Source: a virus. Taken from it: DNA of 64,000 nucleotides. The stretch lies in IMG/VR virus record IMGVR_UViG_3300028888_000141, positions 75 to 64,074 of that record; one strand, given 5' to 3'. The position numbers were made by a program, and so were the translations under genes. Below the pieces are notes generated by a model. The model ran no database searches. It worked only from the letters and a program-made list of their open reading frames with translations, and had not been told where the DNA came from. Positions 46,601 through 57,000 of this stretch are shown here, piece after piece; the stretch's first letter is position 1; each line of letters begins with the position of its first letter.

Positions 46601-49600
46601 CAAGGGTGGCAACAAACAATGCTATTGAATCATAACTAACCTGGGCTATCGTTTCTGAGATAATTCGGAACGTATTAACCATTAGTACTAAAGTGGTTAA
46701 GCCAGAAGTTATAACACTTTGTAATGAACTAAATAATCCTATGTTGACGCATACGCCAAGCAAAAGTCCTAAAGTCGCAGCCATAGCAGTTAATCCAGCT
46801 ATAACGGGAACTATATTAAGACCGATCTGTATAACAACAAGGAATACTGAAGAAAGCACGACAAGAGCACTAATTAAAGCGTTCATTGTGACTATCGCTT
46901 GAGAAATGTTTCCACTCGTAGAAAGTTTAGTTAAACCTGCTACGAATAATACCATAATATTAAGAATTGAACTAAATAATCTTATTCCAATAGAAGTAAA
47001 TACACCTAAAGCACCAACAATGGTTAATACTTTCATGAATTCTATTAAGAATCCTTCCATACCAACCATGGCTGCGGTTAGACTTGTAAGAAGAAATACA
47101 GTACTTGCTACATCACCAATCTGTGCGATTACAGCGATGGCTCCAGCAAATTCAGAAATTACAGAAAGCAAAGATCTGAATCCTATTATTCCAAGAGCCA
47201 TTAAAGGTAGTGCTACACCAAGTAATGTTGCAACAACAGCTATTGTAGCAACAAACGGTATCATTGCCGTAAGAGCATCGCCCAATGCACCGAGTAGAAA
47301 CACGGTATTAACTACATTACCAGCATCAGCGACCATTGCCACTAGGTCTACAAATCCAACTATAGCAAGAAGAATTGCAGATAGACCTAAAAGACCGCCA
47401 ATGAATCCTAAAGCCATTGTTCCACCGCTAAAAGTCATTACAGCGCCCATAAGACCTGCTATAAGAGCAAATGCTGCTATAGCTGGAACTAACTTTAGCA
47501 TAGCTATGCCAAGGCTATCGAGTAATGTTACGGTGTTTGATACGTCACCAATCTGTGCTATTCCGGCTAAAGCCAGAGTGATCAGACCGATCATACTAAT
47601 TATAGCAAGTAGACCTAATCCGCCTTGTAATGCTTCTTGAGGAGTCTTTAAACTCTTTCCAAGAACACCCATGATGAACATCATAGCAAATATCGCGGGT
47701 GTGAGTAAGAGAATACCTCCAGCAAGGGCTACAAGTTCTCCTTCATTTCCTTCAAATATACGTCCGGCGGTTCCGAGCGCTATTGCTAACAAACTTAATG
47801 AAGTTGTCATAGCAAGCACTGTAGTCCATACCGATTTAGTATCTTTAATTTTTACATCTTCGATTAATCTCGTAGCTCCAGCCATAACTAAAGCCAACAT
47901 AGAGATACAAGCAGACATAGCCATAAGGCCTACTGGATCTTCAACGGGAACTTGGGCAAGTAATGCCATGATTCCTGCTAGAACTCCAATAACGCCCAAC
48001 AACACATACATCTGCTTTGTAGCATTTTTATTATATGTAAGAGTTCCCTGTCCAAGGGTTCTTGTAATAAATGATAAACTTAACAGTAACCTAGAAATAC
48101 CACCAGCGGCTGATAAAATTGATCGCCAGTCATTCTTTGATACAAAATATAAAGCAGTTCCTATAGCTCCTATAGCAACTATAGCGGGAAGAATTGCTTG
48201 AAGCGGTTTTGCTGTTCCGGTTGAATTAAATGTTGATAATGTGTGTATAAACAACGATAATGTGTAAAGTACAACGCCCATCGATACCGCAGCAGAAAGA
48301 ACTGTCTTTGGATCAAATAATGTTAAGGGAACCAAAGATGTTGCTATGATAGCAAAAGCACCTGCAGCCGCTATTATAGGACCCCATTTTGCATCTTTTA
48401 CAGAATTAACAAGACCAATTAAACCTTCAAAAGCGATAAATATCAATGCCATGGTTTCAATCCAAGCTAATGTTCCAGCCTGCTGAACCTCAAGCATGAC
48501 CTTGGACATATTTCTCAACAGAACAGCTAATCCAAAAAGCATCAGCATCATTCCAAAGAAATTCTGCTTTGTCTTATCGCTAGTTATACCATTTTTCCAG
48601 CTAAGTCTAAATGCACTTTCACCAGAAATAGCTTTTGAAATATACGAAATCGCACCAGCAAATACAATAAGTACTAGTGTTACTTTAAGAAGATTAGCAA
48701 TAAATGAGCCGAAATCCATCTTGGAGTATTCTTCAAGAATGGCTTCCATTTGCTTAAGGACAACCATAAACGCAAGCATTGAAATGGCTGCACCCATCAT
48801 TCCAAATCCACTAGCTTTGTTGAAATGTCCAATTAACGCCATCGCTCCAGCCATTAAAACCATGACAGTAGCTATACGAGCAGTAATTCCGATCCACTTA
48901 AGGATTCCATATTCCATGGCAGCATACTGATCTATAATGCTAACCATACCTTTAAGAACCGCTAAAAAGGCCAACATGGCTACCGATACACCCATCATTC
49001 CGAGGCCAGCGCCTTTTGCACCTTTTTCGAGAACATACATCGCTGCCGTTAAAGCACCAACTATTAAGCCAAGTCTTAATAAACCAGTCCAAAACGACAT
49101 CGCGTCCATGGTATTAATTTCTTGCATCGCCTTGACAAATATCCATACAGCTGCTGCAAAATACAATACAAGTTTTGCTACAGCTTTAATTGCCACGGCT
49201 CTTCTTAAACCTTCGATGAGACGTTTAAGAGGAAGTGTTAACATTCTTAATGTATTTTCTGCCTGAGTAATAAGATTGGCTAAAGCTACTTCTTTATTTA
49301 TAGCCTTCTTTAACTTTAAAAGATGAAACCTATAAGCCATATAAATGCCCGTTATAGCAACAAGCATTAAGAAAATTGCACCTAAAGCCCAATTAATTTT
49401 TGTTAATTTACTTTCTGGTAAGTATGCCAAAGCCCAAGCTGCAGCAGTTACTATAAGTATAGCTTCTGCAAACATTCTAACTGATTTAGCAACCGCCAAA
49501 ATCGTTTCCGCTTTATTCTTACCAGTTATACTATCAATAAGTTCGTTAAGAGTCTTGCTAAAATGTAACAAACTATAAGTAGCAGAGAAGATAAGAATCT

Positions 49601-51971
49601 CCTGAATAACTGCCAAAATCTTAACAAAATTAGTAATTAAGAAGTTATAAATTCCTAATACAACGTCTTTAATCTTATTAGCTAATGTTACAACAAGACC
49701 GCCAATCATAACGAAGACGTTTACAATCTCGCTAATGGTTGCGGCAATCATAGAATGAAGCCTATCATAAGCGTCAGCAACTCCGTCAAAGAATGATTTT
49801 ATAGCATAGAAGAATGCTCCTACAACTGTAAGAACACCATTTATTAATCTATTATTAAGTAATCCATTAAATAATGAAACAAATCCTTCTGCAATTTTAG
49901 TTAAGAAAGAAAAGTCAAACGATGTTATAGCATTAGCTAAAGCGTGGAATATTGATGCTATTGCTGATAATGCTGGACCAATTAACGAAAGAAGAATTAC
50001 CAAAACATTAGCTATTACCGTTCCAGCAATTCTAAAAGCTGCAGTAAGAAGTTCGACAGCACTTCTCAAAGCATTAGAATTAAGAAGAACATCAACAACC
50101 ATTTCAAGAATGGTAGCTAATACTTCAGCAAACTCAAATACTACATCAACAAGAGGTCCAAATGTCTCTAAAATTCTTACAACAGCTCTTATTACTCTAA
50201 AAGAAAAGACTACAAGAGATTTAAGAATTGTAAAGAATTTATATGAGATAGTAACAAGACTTCTCTGAGCTTTATAAGAAAGTGCAAACTTTGAAGTAAG
50301 GTCAGCCATTGCCTCCGTGAGGCCTATGACTCCATTCATTCCTCCGTCAAGTATTACTTTAAAGAAACCTTCGAGAATGGGACCAACAACAGAAGCAACT
50401 GTATTACCAAGATTCTTAGCAGTTAATGCTAAATTAAGTAATATTTTTGCTGTTTGTGAAACTCTCTTGTCCCACACGGTATTGCCAAAAGCAGCAGAAG
50501 CAGCATTAGAGAAATCTTCAAACGAAATCTCGCCATTTCTGCACATCTCACGAATTTCGTCGTCAGTCTTCTCTAAAGTCTCACCAAGCTGATGTAAAAT
50601 CGTGTCGACGCTCTCTGCTGATTCGGTGCTAGTTGAAGAAAGGTCATCGATCAATTCCTGAACAGTCTTCGTTCCTTCTTTTGTCTGATCGAAGAGCTCT
50701 TTCATTGCATTGAAATCTGCTCCTGAAATATCCGAAAGGCCGGACACAGCTTTGGATACTGCATCTTGACCACCCATCCATACAGCAAACAGATCATGTA
50801 ATTTTGCAGATAGGTTCGTAACTATTCTCGTGAATGCTTCAACGATACTTATCTCTTCTTTTATGTTCGGAAACTCCATTTTGAAATTTAGAGCTTTACG
50901 AACATTATTTATCGACAATCTAAGATCATTAAACAGAGGAGTAACCTGAGTTCTTATGGGAGCGATAAAGTCAGCACCAATTTTAGACAATGCAAACTTC
51001 ATATTACTGAAAGCACCAGAGAATGTGTTATTAGCATCCTTTGCATGCTCACCATAAGCACTATCCATTGCCATAGCAAGGGTCTCGAAACTTATCTTAC
51101 CCTTTGAAGCCATGTCTCGAATGTCCTGCTCAGTGGCATTAGCAGTCTCTCCGATTTCATTTAGATAGTCCTTAATAACTGCAGCAGCACTTATACCAAG
51201 ACTAGCAAAGCTCTGCCAGTCTTTACCCATAACTCTTCCCTGACCAGCGATTCTTTCAAAGATGCCTGCAACCTGATCATATTCTGTATTAGCCATTGCG
51301 GCAACACCAGAAATTGCTCTCAGAGCAACCTGCATCTCGGTTCTCATTTTTCCGGATGAATCAGCAAATCTTTCGGAGAAGTGCGTTACGTCAACCTGCG
51401 AAGTAGCAAGAACTGAAGCTGCTTTAGCTGCTGAGTCAAGACCATATGCAGTATCAGCAACTGCATAGTTAGCAGCATCCATTGCTACTACAAGATCTTC
51501 TGTATAACCAGTTAATTCCTGTATCTTTGTTGCATCAGCATCCATGGCCATGGCAAGTTTCGCTACACCTTCTGCTTCTTTTCCAAAGATACCTTCAAGC
51601 TGGAATTTAGCTTTAGCAATGTTAGCTGCTCTGTTTGTACCACCGGTTACAATCTGATGCCAAGGTTTAGCAAGCAAACCGAGTAATTTTCCGCCCAAAG
51701 TCATCACTTCATTGGTGACTCTCTGAACAGCAGTCATTCCGACTATACCAAAAGTTGAAAAACGATCTGAAAGTGACTGAATGTTATCAGCTACTTTAGA
51801 TAGATCAATATTATTTGCAGCTTTTGTTAAACTGTCGAAACTTTTAGAATCGAACTGTAAAGAATCTTTAAGATTGTCTACCGCTTCAACTGTTTTGGAG
51901 ACGTTTTCTATAAATTGACCATTGTCAAACTGTATCTCTACTACTTTAGTTTCAACAACTTCTTCACTCAT
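43650..51971 (-). CDS. Tape measure protein
   Basis: 2773 aa, Ala/Leu/Gly-rich helical protein with many hydrophobic segments, SPS motifs, typical position. Confidence 0.9.
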   Translation of the reverse strand: MSEEVVETKVVEIQFDNGQFIENVSKTVEAVDNLKDSLQFDSKSFDSLTKAANNIDLSKVADNIQSLSDRFSTFGIVGMTAVQRVTNEVMTLGGKLLGLLAKPWHQIVTGGTNRAANIAKAKFQLEGIFGKEAEGVAKLAMAMDADATKIQELTGYTEDLVVAMDAANYAVADTAYGLDSAAKAASVLATSQVDVTHFSERFADSSGKMRTEMQVALRAISGVAAMANTEYDQVAGIFERIAGQGRVMGKDWQSFASLGISAAAVIKDYLNEIGETANATEQDIRDMASKGKISFETLAMAMDSAYGEHAKDANNTFSGAFSNMKFALSKIGADFIAPIRTQVTPLFNDLRLSINNVRKALNFKMEFPNIKEEISIVEAFTRIVTNLSAKLHDLFAVWMGGQDAVSKAVSGLSDISGADFNAMKELFDQTKEGTKTVQELIDDLSSTSTESAESVDTILHQLGETLEKTDDEIREMCRNGEISFEDFSNAASAAFGNTVWDKRVSQTAKILLNLALTAKNLGNTVASVVGPILEGFFKVILDGGMNGVIGLTEAMADLTSKFALSYKAQRSLVTISYKFFTILKSLVVFSFRVIRAVVRILETFGPLVDVVFEFAEVLATILEMVVDVLLNSNALRSAVELLTAAFRIAGTVIANVLVILLSLIGPALSAIASIFHALANAITSFDFSFLTKIAEGFVSLFNGLLNNRLINGVLTVVGAFFYAIKSFFDGVADAYDRLHSMIAATISEIVNVFVMIGGLVVTLANKIKDVVLGIYNFLITNFVKILAVIQEILIFSATYSLLHFSKTLNELIDSITGKNKAETILAVAKSVRMFAEAILIVTAAAWALAYLPESKLTKINWALGAIFLMLVAITGIYMAYRFHLLKLKKAINKEVALANLITQAENTLRMLTLPLKRLIEGLRRAVAIKAVAKLVLYFAAAVWIFVKAMQEINTMDAMSFWTGLLRLGLIVGALTAAMYVLEKGAKGAGLGMMGVSVAMLAFLAVLKGMVSIIDQYAAMEYGILKWIGITARIATVMVLMAGAMALIGHFNKASGFGMMGAAISMLAFMVVLKQMEAILEEYSKMDFGSFIANLLKVTLVLIVFAGAISYISKAISGESAFRLSWKNGITSDKTKQNFFGMMLMLFGLAVLLRNMSKVMLEVQQAGTLAWIETMALIFIAFEGLIGLVNSVKDAKWGPIIAAAGAFAIIATSLVPLTLFDPKTVLSAAVSMGVVLYTLSLFIHTLSTFNSTGTAKPLQAILPAIVAIGAIGTALYFVSKNDWRSILSAAGGISRLLLSLSFITRTLGQGTLTYNKNATKQMYVLLGVIGVLAGIMALLAQVPVEDPVGLMAMSACISMLALVMAGATRLIEDVKIKDTKSVWTTVLAMTTSLSLLAIALGTAGRIFEGNEGELVALAGGILLLTPAIFAMMFIMGVLGKSLKTPQEALQGGLGLLAIISMIGLITLALAGIAQIGDVSNTVTLLDSLGIAMLKLVPAIAAFALIAGLMGAVMTFSGGTMALGFIGGLLGLSAILLAIVGFVDLVAMVADAGNVVNTVFLLGALGDALTAMIPFVATIAVVATLLGVALPLMALGIIGFRSLLSVISEFAGAIAVIAQIGDVASTVFLLTSLTAAMVGMEGFLIEFMKVLTIVGALGVFTSIGIRLFSSILNIMVLFVAGLTKLSTSGNISQAIVTMNALISALVVLSSVFLVVIQIGLNIVPVIAGLTAMAATLGLLLGVCVNIGLFSSLQSVITSGLTTLVLMVNTFRIISETIAQVSYDSIALFVATLDLISGIDIKVLFKIALIAIGLMAVANPIAIIGMMSESIINGVGALVKMMQGIYATLIEAQKFEGIKVDGIIEATDQLIRMAGLVTASGLFYSAATMIKNFSEASDKMMQTVSQMMLYDGHYIAAGLAEGSTDATSKALLIAAAMEMGSIFGTSLENFFGIASPSKKTTEDGHYLAAGLSAGSVDSVAQEFLTTGAQGMGDIFGDTLTPIMGEIGDVAGDSLLSHLGVKLDDAQSLIDSFKTENSSSWWGSKVSIGKKPGKGRNPMSWQERSKALASKRPSNFIQSFQSEKEYLEWQAKQEENIAEEGWEDNDWSHFVDDLLKSLGGKDGLLGTLEDIDMSDLNNGISGLGAVSGSSAKNVDKLTQKIDSLMDKYENLWDDAKERANKDLFKGVDDQGDEFLDQIKDIMDQYKNIYKTAVEKTNNEDLFAEVKEDDESFAPETLLNNLEDQVNQVNELNTIIGSLGGRIADNNLRAAISNMSVDDLPELRAMYRMDDTQLAKYEEMYRKKVQANQNKIQNELTGSLSQITGQYTNVAEYVASDASTNILMKNMQAQIDQLNEYNATIGSLMTRVQDLNLREAIAHMGVDSLDELKMLNSMTDAQLDQYIALYNDKIAREAMSIHNELSTELSAAVGQVVDISEFYEKYTAGMENLSTQIASDEATYGAGQSAGNRMGNGFSEGITSSEATTKATETGQTITTNITNGMSDEERMSLITEKTQAIIDTIFAALEESMSTFEKCGFEIVHMICRGLDMAKKQAPVYETASSVADTIRMAIESKYKVFFNTGMMISRGIAEGINSDQMQRVVEGAATSLALKAINSARKKLGVRSPSREFMKIGRYVDEGFAIGLKQYSNLASDEAENMAIGSLTSVQDAISQLSGMLDGSIDVNPVITPTLDLSQVNARSAALSNMFNSRQIAVQAHNDEQQAAMITQLGNILAEQNSEPKSITFNQTNNSPKALSNAEIYRQTRNGFSQLVSALS

Positions 51972-52354
51972 AGAGCCTCAATCTCCTTTCTCATAGTTTC
52001 GGCAATTTCGAATAATACTGGTCTCATAGACGGTGTAATATAATCCACAGGTGGAACCCATACCCCACTACGAGTCCCATGACCATAAGCAATAAGTATT
52101 GCGACATTACGTCCGCCTTCTATATCATCATTGTGAAATGATAGAACAGCCATATTAGGCTTATGTTCTATCTGATAAGACCAAGACGAAGCAGCTAGTC
52201 CAGTGTATTTGGGTGTGTTTTTTGCAAGTTCTTCAACCCCAAGTCTACCGTAATGGTCCAGCCGTCCAAGTTTAATAAATTCGAGACACTTCTCTAAAAA
52301 CGTATTTGTCTTTTTAAAGTTCCCTTTTAATCTACATGTGATAGCTGAACCCAT
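51968..52354 (-). CDS. HK97 gp10-like neck protein
   Basis: TP..TG.AASSWSY, YGHGT.SG.WV..DYI.P. Confidence 0.7.
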   Translation of the reverse strand: MGSAITCRLKGNFKKTNTFLEKCLEFIKLGRLDHYGRLGVEELAKNTPKYTGLAASSWSYQIEHKPNMAVLSFHNDDIEGGRNVAILIAYGHGTRSGVWVPPVDYITPSMRPVLFEIAETMRKEIEAL

Positions 52355-52364
52355 TTTGAAATTC

Positions 52365-52925
52365 CTAACCTTTCGTATGGTATTTAGCACGTCGAGCCTC
52401 ATTGAGAGCTCTATTTCTCTCAATAATCTCATTCTTACTCATCTTCTTAGGCGGCTGATTCTTTGCATTACATACGGCAACCAACTGAAGAAGACGATTC
52501 AGATGCCATTTTTCACATTCGAATGGGATCTGAAGAGCGATCATCCAATAATAGATCAATTCTGAAGTTATAATTTCTCCTGAATTTTTCTTCTGACTTA
52601 AATCCGTAACTGTCGTAGCAGTCATTGGATCATTTATGTAATCGGAAATCTTCTGAAAATCTTCAGCAGTTAAATGCTCATAAACGGCATCCGGAACATC
52701 TTTATTAATAGTCATACATTTGATGTAGTGGAGCGTTTGCTCTTCGGTATGACCGTTCTTTGAAATAAAGGGTTCATGCCATTTAGATTCCCATTTCGAT
52801 ATAGAGATTAATGAATGTTCGAGATTAAGATTAATCTCTTTAATCCCATCGATCATAACAAATTCATTCTTTTGCGGGTCCCAATACTCCTTATAAGGAG
52901 ATTCGGGAACATGAATTGTAATCAT
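52365..52925 (-). CDS. Putative tail assembly chaperone (gpT-like)
   Basis: LEHSL.SISKWESKW, YI.DPMTAT, ITSELIYYWM...IPFECE.WHLNRL; start MITIHV after AAGGAG. Confidence 0.6.
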   Translation of the reverse strand: MITIHVPESPYKEYWDPQKNEFVMIDGIKEINLNLEHSLISISKWESKWHEPFISKNGHTEEQTLHYIKCMTINKDVPDAVYEHLTAEDFQKISDYINDPMTATTVTDLSQKKNSGEIITSELIYYWMIALQIPFECEKWHLNRLLQLVAVCNAKNQPPKKMSKNEIIERNRALNEARRAKYHTKG

Positions 52926-52983
52926 ATTGGCGTCTCCTTTACCAATAAAACCTCCCGAGGCTGTGACACCCCGGGAGACTCGA

Positions 52984-54831
52984 TTAAGCCTTCTGTGCAG
53001 ACTCGATAACGATTGCAGAATAAGGAACAGTGAGAGCACCAGAGCATCTGGTCTCAATCAGATACTTCATCTTGTTGATGTCGATATCGAAATCATCAAA
53101 CATAGATACAGCGCCGCCCTTATCAGCACCAACGGTATAGTCGGAAAGATTAACAATAATACCGATAAGATCTCTGTTGGTTCCATCAACAGCTCTCTTC
53201 TGGCCTTCCATAACGGGAACAGTAACAATGCGGCTTACACGCATTGCGGAAGCAACCTCAGCCTCGGTCTTGTAAAGTCTGTGACCCATGTTGTCCTCAA
53301 GAAGGAGCATATCGGTAAGAATATCCTCAGTGGTATAGAACACAGGATTTCCTGATCCCTTATAATCCTTACGAGCCTTAACAGCTGCACGAATATAAGC
53401 CTTAGCCTTGTCGTCATCAGTAGCATCTGAAGAGTACTCAACAAACTGCTTGATGGTGAAGAGATCGTCATCGGTCCAGATAGGTCTGATATGATCGTGC
53501 TGGATGTGAGTTCTGTCAGAAGTGAGCTTTCCATCACCGATGAGGATTGCACGAGCAAGTTCCTCGTCGAGCATCATTCTCATTTCGCCACGAATCCAAG
53601 CAACAACATCGAAATCGGTGATGTCGATAACATCATCACGATCCATTGACTGATGCTTATAGATGGTCTGAGGATCGGTAGATCTCCTGAGCAGGGTGAA
53701 TACCTCATCAAGCTTGGTATCGCCCTTGATGTAACCCTTTGCTCTTGCTTCATCCTCAGTGATGTCTGCAAATACAGACTTAATACGGCTGAAAGGAACA
53801 TGCTTGGTTCCGCTAAGAACACCGGCAACCCAATCGGTATCTCTCTTGATCCATGCAGGAGGATTGTTGAGAGCCTTAGCCTCAGGGAACAGGAATGAAG
53901 GATCATTAACCATATATGCCTGTCTATCCTGAGAATACTCGATATCGGTGCCATGCATAATTACATCTTCAATTCCAAGCTCTTCCTTGTGAGCCAGGAA
54001 AGACTCCTTAAGTGATCCATATCTCTTCATGTCGGCAAGAACAGCTGCCTGCTCTTCTTTTCCGAATACACTGTGAGAAAGCTCTGCGCCGTTAGAATCC
54101 TGATCAAATGCGTTGTGCTTCATAGTTTCATCTTCTCCTTTATTGTTTTTTGCGCCTTTTTCGGCAGCCTGACCAACGAGATAATACAGAACTTTCTTCT
54201 GCTTCTCGTTCATGCTGTTGACAATATCTTCGACGGTCTCTTCACCACTGTCATCAGCGTGGGAAATAGATTCGTCTTTAACATCATCGTTATTCATATT
54301 ATCTTTCTCCTTATCTTCAGAAGCGGGATCGTCTACGATTTTTTCCGCTTTATCTTCCGAATGAGCGAGTTCGAAAATATCATTTTCATCATAGAAAGAC
54401 ATGATAGCTTCATCCGGTTCTTCACCATCGTATGAATGAGCCATAGAAGTATCGATAAATGCTCCGGGATTAGCTCCGGCCAGCACAAGAGATACCTCAC
54501 GGATCATACCATGAATAACGTCTCCACCATTTTTCTTAAGCTTGTTAGCATAAATGGAGAGAGCCTTAATGTCACCATTTGCTACTAATTTCTTAGCATT
54601 TTCTCCCTGAACAGTGTCATTAAATGACAGGTCAGCATACACACCATCATCTCTACGGTGAAGGAGAGCATGACCAAGAACATTCAAGGGACTTGCGTGC
54701 TGGTGATCCCACACGAGAGGAACGGTTTCTCCATCACAATCATCAAAAGCACCAGGTCTAATAGTAAGTCCATCAGCGCACTTAATGTTGTAGCGGGTAG
54801 CCCATCCACTTACATCATGTGTTTTACCCAT
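52984..54831 (-). CDS. Prohead protease-scaffold-major capsid protein fusion
   Basis: HK97-type protease (PLVWDH, LSIYA, EVSLVLAGANP), acidic linker, HK97-fold capsid (EELARAILIGDG, ETRCSGAL). Confidence 0.85.
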   Translation of the reverse strand: MGKTHDVSGWATRYNIKCADGLTIRPGAFDDCDGETVPLVWDHQHASPLNVLGHALLHRRDDGVYADLSFNDTVQGENAKKLVANGDIKALSIYANKLKKNGGDVIHGMIREVSLVLAGANPGAFIDTSMAHSYDGEEPDEAIMSFYDENDIFELAHSEDKAEKIVDDPASEDKEKDNMNNDDVKDESISHADDSGEETVEDIVNSMNEKQKKVLYYLVGQAAEKGAKNNKGEDETMKHNAFDQDSNGAELSHSVFGKEEQAAVLADMKRYGSLKESFLAHKEELGIEDVIMHGTDIEYSQDRQAYMVNDPSFLFPEAKALNNPPAWIKRDTDWVAGVLSGTKHVPFSRIKSVFADITEDEARAKGYIKGDTKLDEVFTLLRRSTDPQTIYKHQSMDRDDVIDITDFDVVAWIRGEMRMMLDEELARAILIGDGKLTSDRTHIQHDHIRPIWTDDDLFTIKQFVEYSSDATDDDKAKAYIRAAVKARKDYKGSGNPVFYTTEDILTDMLLLEDNMGHRLYKTEAEVASAMRVSRIVTVPVMEGQKRAVDGTNRDLIGIIVNLSDYTVGADKGGAVSMFDDFDIDINKMKYLIETRCSGALTVPYSAIVIESAQKA

Positions 54832-56083
54832 TTTGAATTTCCTCCGTCGTCTTACGTATCATGTCTTGATCGAGTTCTTCTGTTTTAGCATTCTCAAGTG
54901 CCTCTTTTGGTTGTGAGAGGTTATTATTGATCAACTGATCTGCCTGAGGATCATTTACAGGTTTCATACCAATAGCCTGTCTAATTTCATTAGAAGTTGC
55001 GATACAGTTCCTAGTAAGCTTATCTGCCAACTCTGCGAAATCAGCTATGGGCATCAGTTTGAATGGATCTCTGAAGAACATGATAGACTGTCCCTGAGTA
55101 CGAGCAGTCTTTGTAAGAAATTTGCGTTTCATTTCATCAGTAATTGCAGAAACTATAGGCTCAATTGTCCTTGTATAATAATTCTGCATTACTTTTTCAT
55201 CAGCGCTACCATCCATGATTGCCTGAGTTATTCCTAACTGACTGTATAGCATATTAGTGAAGTACTCAACTTGTTCGATCATGTTATTATCTATTGATCT
55301 ATTTAGCTGGGTTATCTTCTCTGTGCCATCTGTATAAGCAATACCATATTTAGAGCTGGAGAGCTGAAGTTCAATGTCTTTTCGCCTATTTTCTGCCTGC
55401 TGTCTTCTAGCAGGGGTCTTGATTATATAGGGAAGCTGAATGATCATGTCGAGCTTTCCTGTGGAATTATGCTCGTCAATCGTATCAAGCAAATTAAGTT
55501 TACGTATCAATCTTGATGCTGTGGAACTTGGCTCATTCATTACTGAATAGAACGGGTTCTCAATTATAGCAACAGACTCTTTCGGATACGTTACTTCTTG
55601 CTCATGACCAGTTCGGTCATTATACGCTTTAATACGAACATGATCTGGATACCACTGAACAATCTTTGCGACTCTCATTGATTCTATATCAAAAGAGCCC
55701 TCTGTGATGTTTACATTAGTATCTACAGGCAAAACCGCCACACAACCTTCGTCAAGAAGAGATATTACCAAATCCTGAATGAATTGTCTTCCAGTTTGAT
55801 CTTTGTTAGCGGAAAGAGAAAGACAGGTATTTAATCCGTCTTTTATCTCTTCTTTATAACGGCCATCTTCATCAGTACGTACATGTCTGATGTTTATTGT
55901 AGCTGCGTCCATTGCTATACGGTTGTATACCGCATTAATTATGGAACGTTCATTTCCTCGAGTGAATCTAACTCGATCAGGTCTTGTGTAATAGGCTTCC
56001 CCATAATCCCTGTAATCTTTATAAGGGCCGTCCCTGCCAAGAAAGGCATTCCAGCCATGCTGAAGTCTTTCGACTATGCTCAT
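54824..56083 (-). CDS. Portal protein
   Basis: 419 aa upstream of the capsid gene; IAMDAA, LLDEG, GKLD.IIQLPY, RTIEPI, TSNEIR. Confidence 0.85.
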   Translation of the reverse strand: MSIVERLQHGWNAFLGRDGPYKDYRDYGEAYYTRPDRVRFTRGNERSIINAVYNRIAMDAATINIRHVRTDEDGRYKEEIKDGLNTCLSLSANKDQTGRQFIQDLVISLLDEGCVAVLPVDTNVNITEGSFDIESMRVAKIVQWYPDHVRIKAYNDRTGHEQEVTYPKESVAIIENPFYSVMNEPSSTASRLIRKLNLLDTIDEHNSTGKLDMIIQLPYIIKTPARRQQAENRRKDIELQLSSSKYGIAYTDGTEKITQLNRSIDNNMIEQVEYFTNMLYSQLGITQAIMDGSADEKVMQNYYTRTIEPIVSAITDEMKRKFLTKTARTQGQSIMFFRDPFKLMPIADFAELADKLTRNCIATSNEIRQAIGMKPVNDPQADQLINNNLSQPKEALENAKTEELDQDMIRKTTEEIQNG

Positions 56084-56121
56084 TTCGAATTTTCCTTTCT
56101 TGATACATTATTTAAGATCTT

Positions 56122-56988
56122 TTAAATTTTTACCTTCATCCAATCAGACCAATCACTTGCGGTGAAGTACTCACTGTCTCCTTCGGCATATGCCCCTTGA
56201 ACTACATAGGCTCCTTTGGGAATATCCGAGACCTTGGTACCCTTAAGATCTTCCATAACCGACTTATAGTTCTTGACATCTCTTGCTTTTTTTGCAGCAG
56301 CTGAGATTTCTTCATCAGATGCTGTATCTATGTCTATATTGAGGTTGGTGTGGTGCTCTTGTTTTTTGTCATCTTCTTTTAACCTTAAAGAATCTCTTAT
56401 ATAATTCTTTAAAGCCTCTGAGAAAGCAGCAGGTACATCTTTAGCAAGACTGTTTTTAAGATTTGTTGTGAACTGTTTTCCGATAGTTACTTTTTCTGGA
56501 TGTAGCTTAGAATACTTCTCTTTAAAATCTATTTCTTGCTGCATTCTAGCGTTAAGATCCCTGAGTTCCTGATCACTCATCTTAGAAATATCTTTCTTAG
56601 ACTTATCAGAATCAGTTTTTCTATTCGCTTCTTCTTTCTGCTTCTTCTCAGCTTCTTTACGTTCTTTCTCTTTTCTCTCTGTTTCGTTCTTAGGATCTTC
56701 AACAGAAGTTTCGGTATCAAGTCTACGCCCTTTATGATCATAGACCTTTCCATCAGCAGTTTTGAACGTAGTATTTTTATTAATCTTTTTGTTACTTCCG
56801 GTTCGGAGATTATAGCTTCTAACCATACCTTTCATTTGGTCTTTGGTTAAAATATCCCCATATCTTTTTCGACCTTCTTCAGTAAGTGATCCATCTGGAT
56901 TCTGGAATCTACGAACACCCCATTTCATTCCAAGAATTCCGTGATGCTCAAGATAATCGTAAGATCTAACTACTACATAATCACTCAT
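56122..56988 (-). CDS. HHG-tag protein with charged helical cargo
   Basis: YLEHHGILGMKWGVRRFQNPDGSLTEEGRKRYG. Confidence 0.8.
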   Translation of the reverse strand: MSDYVVVRSYDYLEHHGILGMKWGVRRFQNPDGSLTEEGRKRYGDILTKDQMKGMVRSYNLRTGSNKKINKNTTFKTADGKVYDHKGRRLDTETSVEDPKNETERKEKERKEAEKKQKEEANRKTDSDKSKKDISKMSDQELRDLNARMQQEIDFKEKYSKLHPEKVTIGKQFTTNLKNSLAKDVPAAFSEALKNYIRDSLRLKEDDKKQEHHTNLNIDIDTASDEEISAAAKKARDVKNYKSVMEDLKGTKVSDIPKGAYVVQGAYAEGDSEYFTASDWSDWMKVKI

Positions 56989-57000
56989 AGTTGACCCTCC

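Noticed and set aside
45657-50592. Long plus-strand ORFs of up to 244 aa
   Set aside because: Antisense shadows of the hydrophobic tape-measure codons; no SD or recognisable motifs
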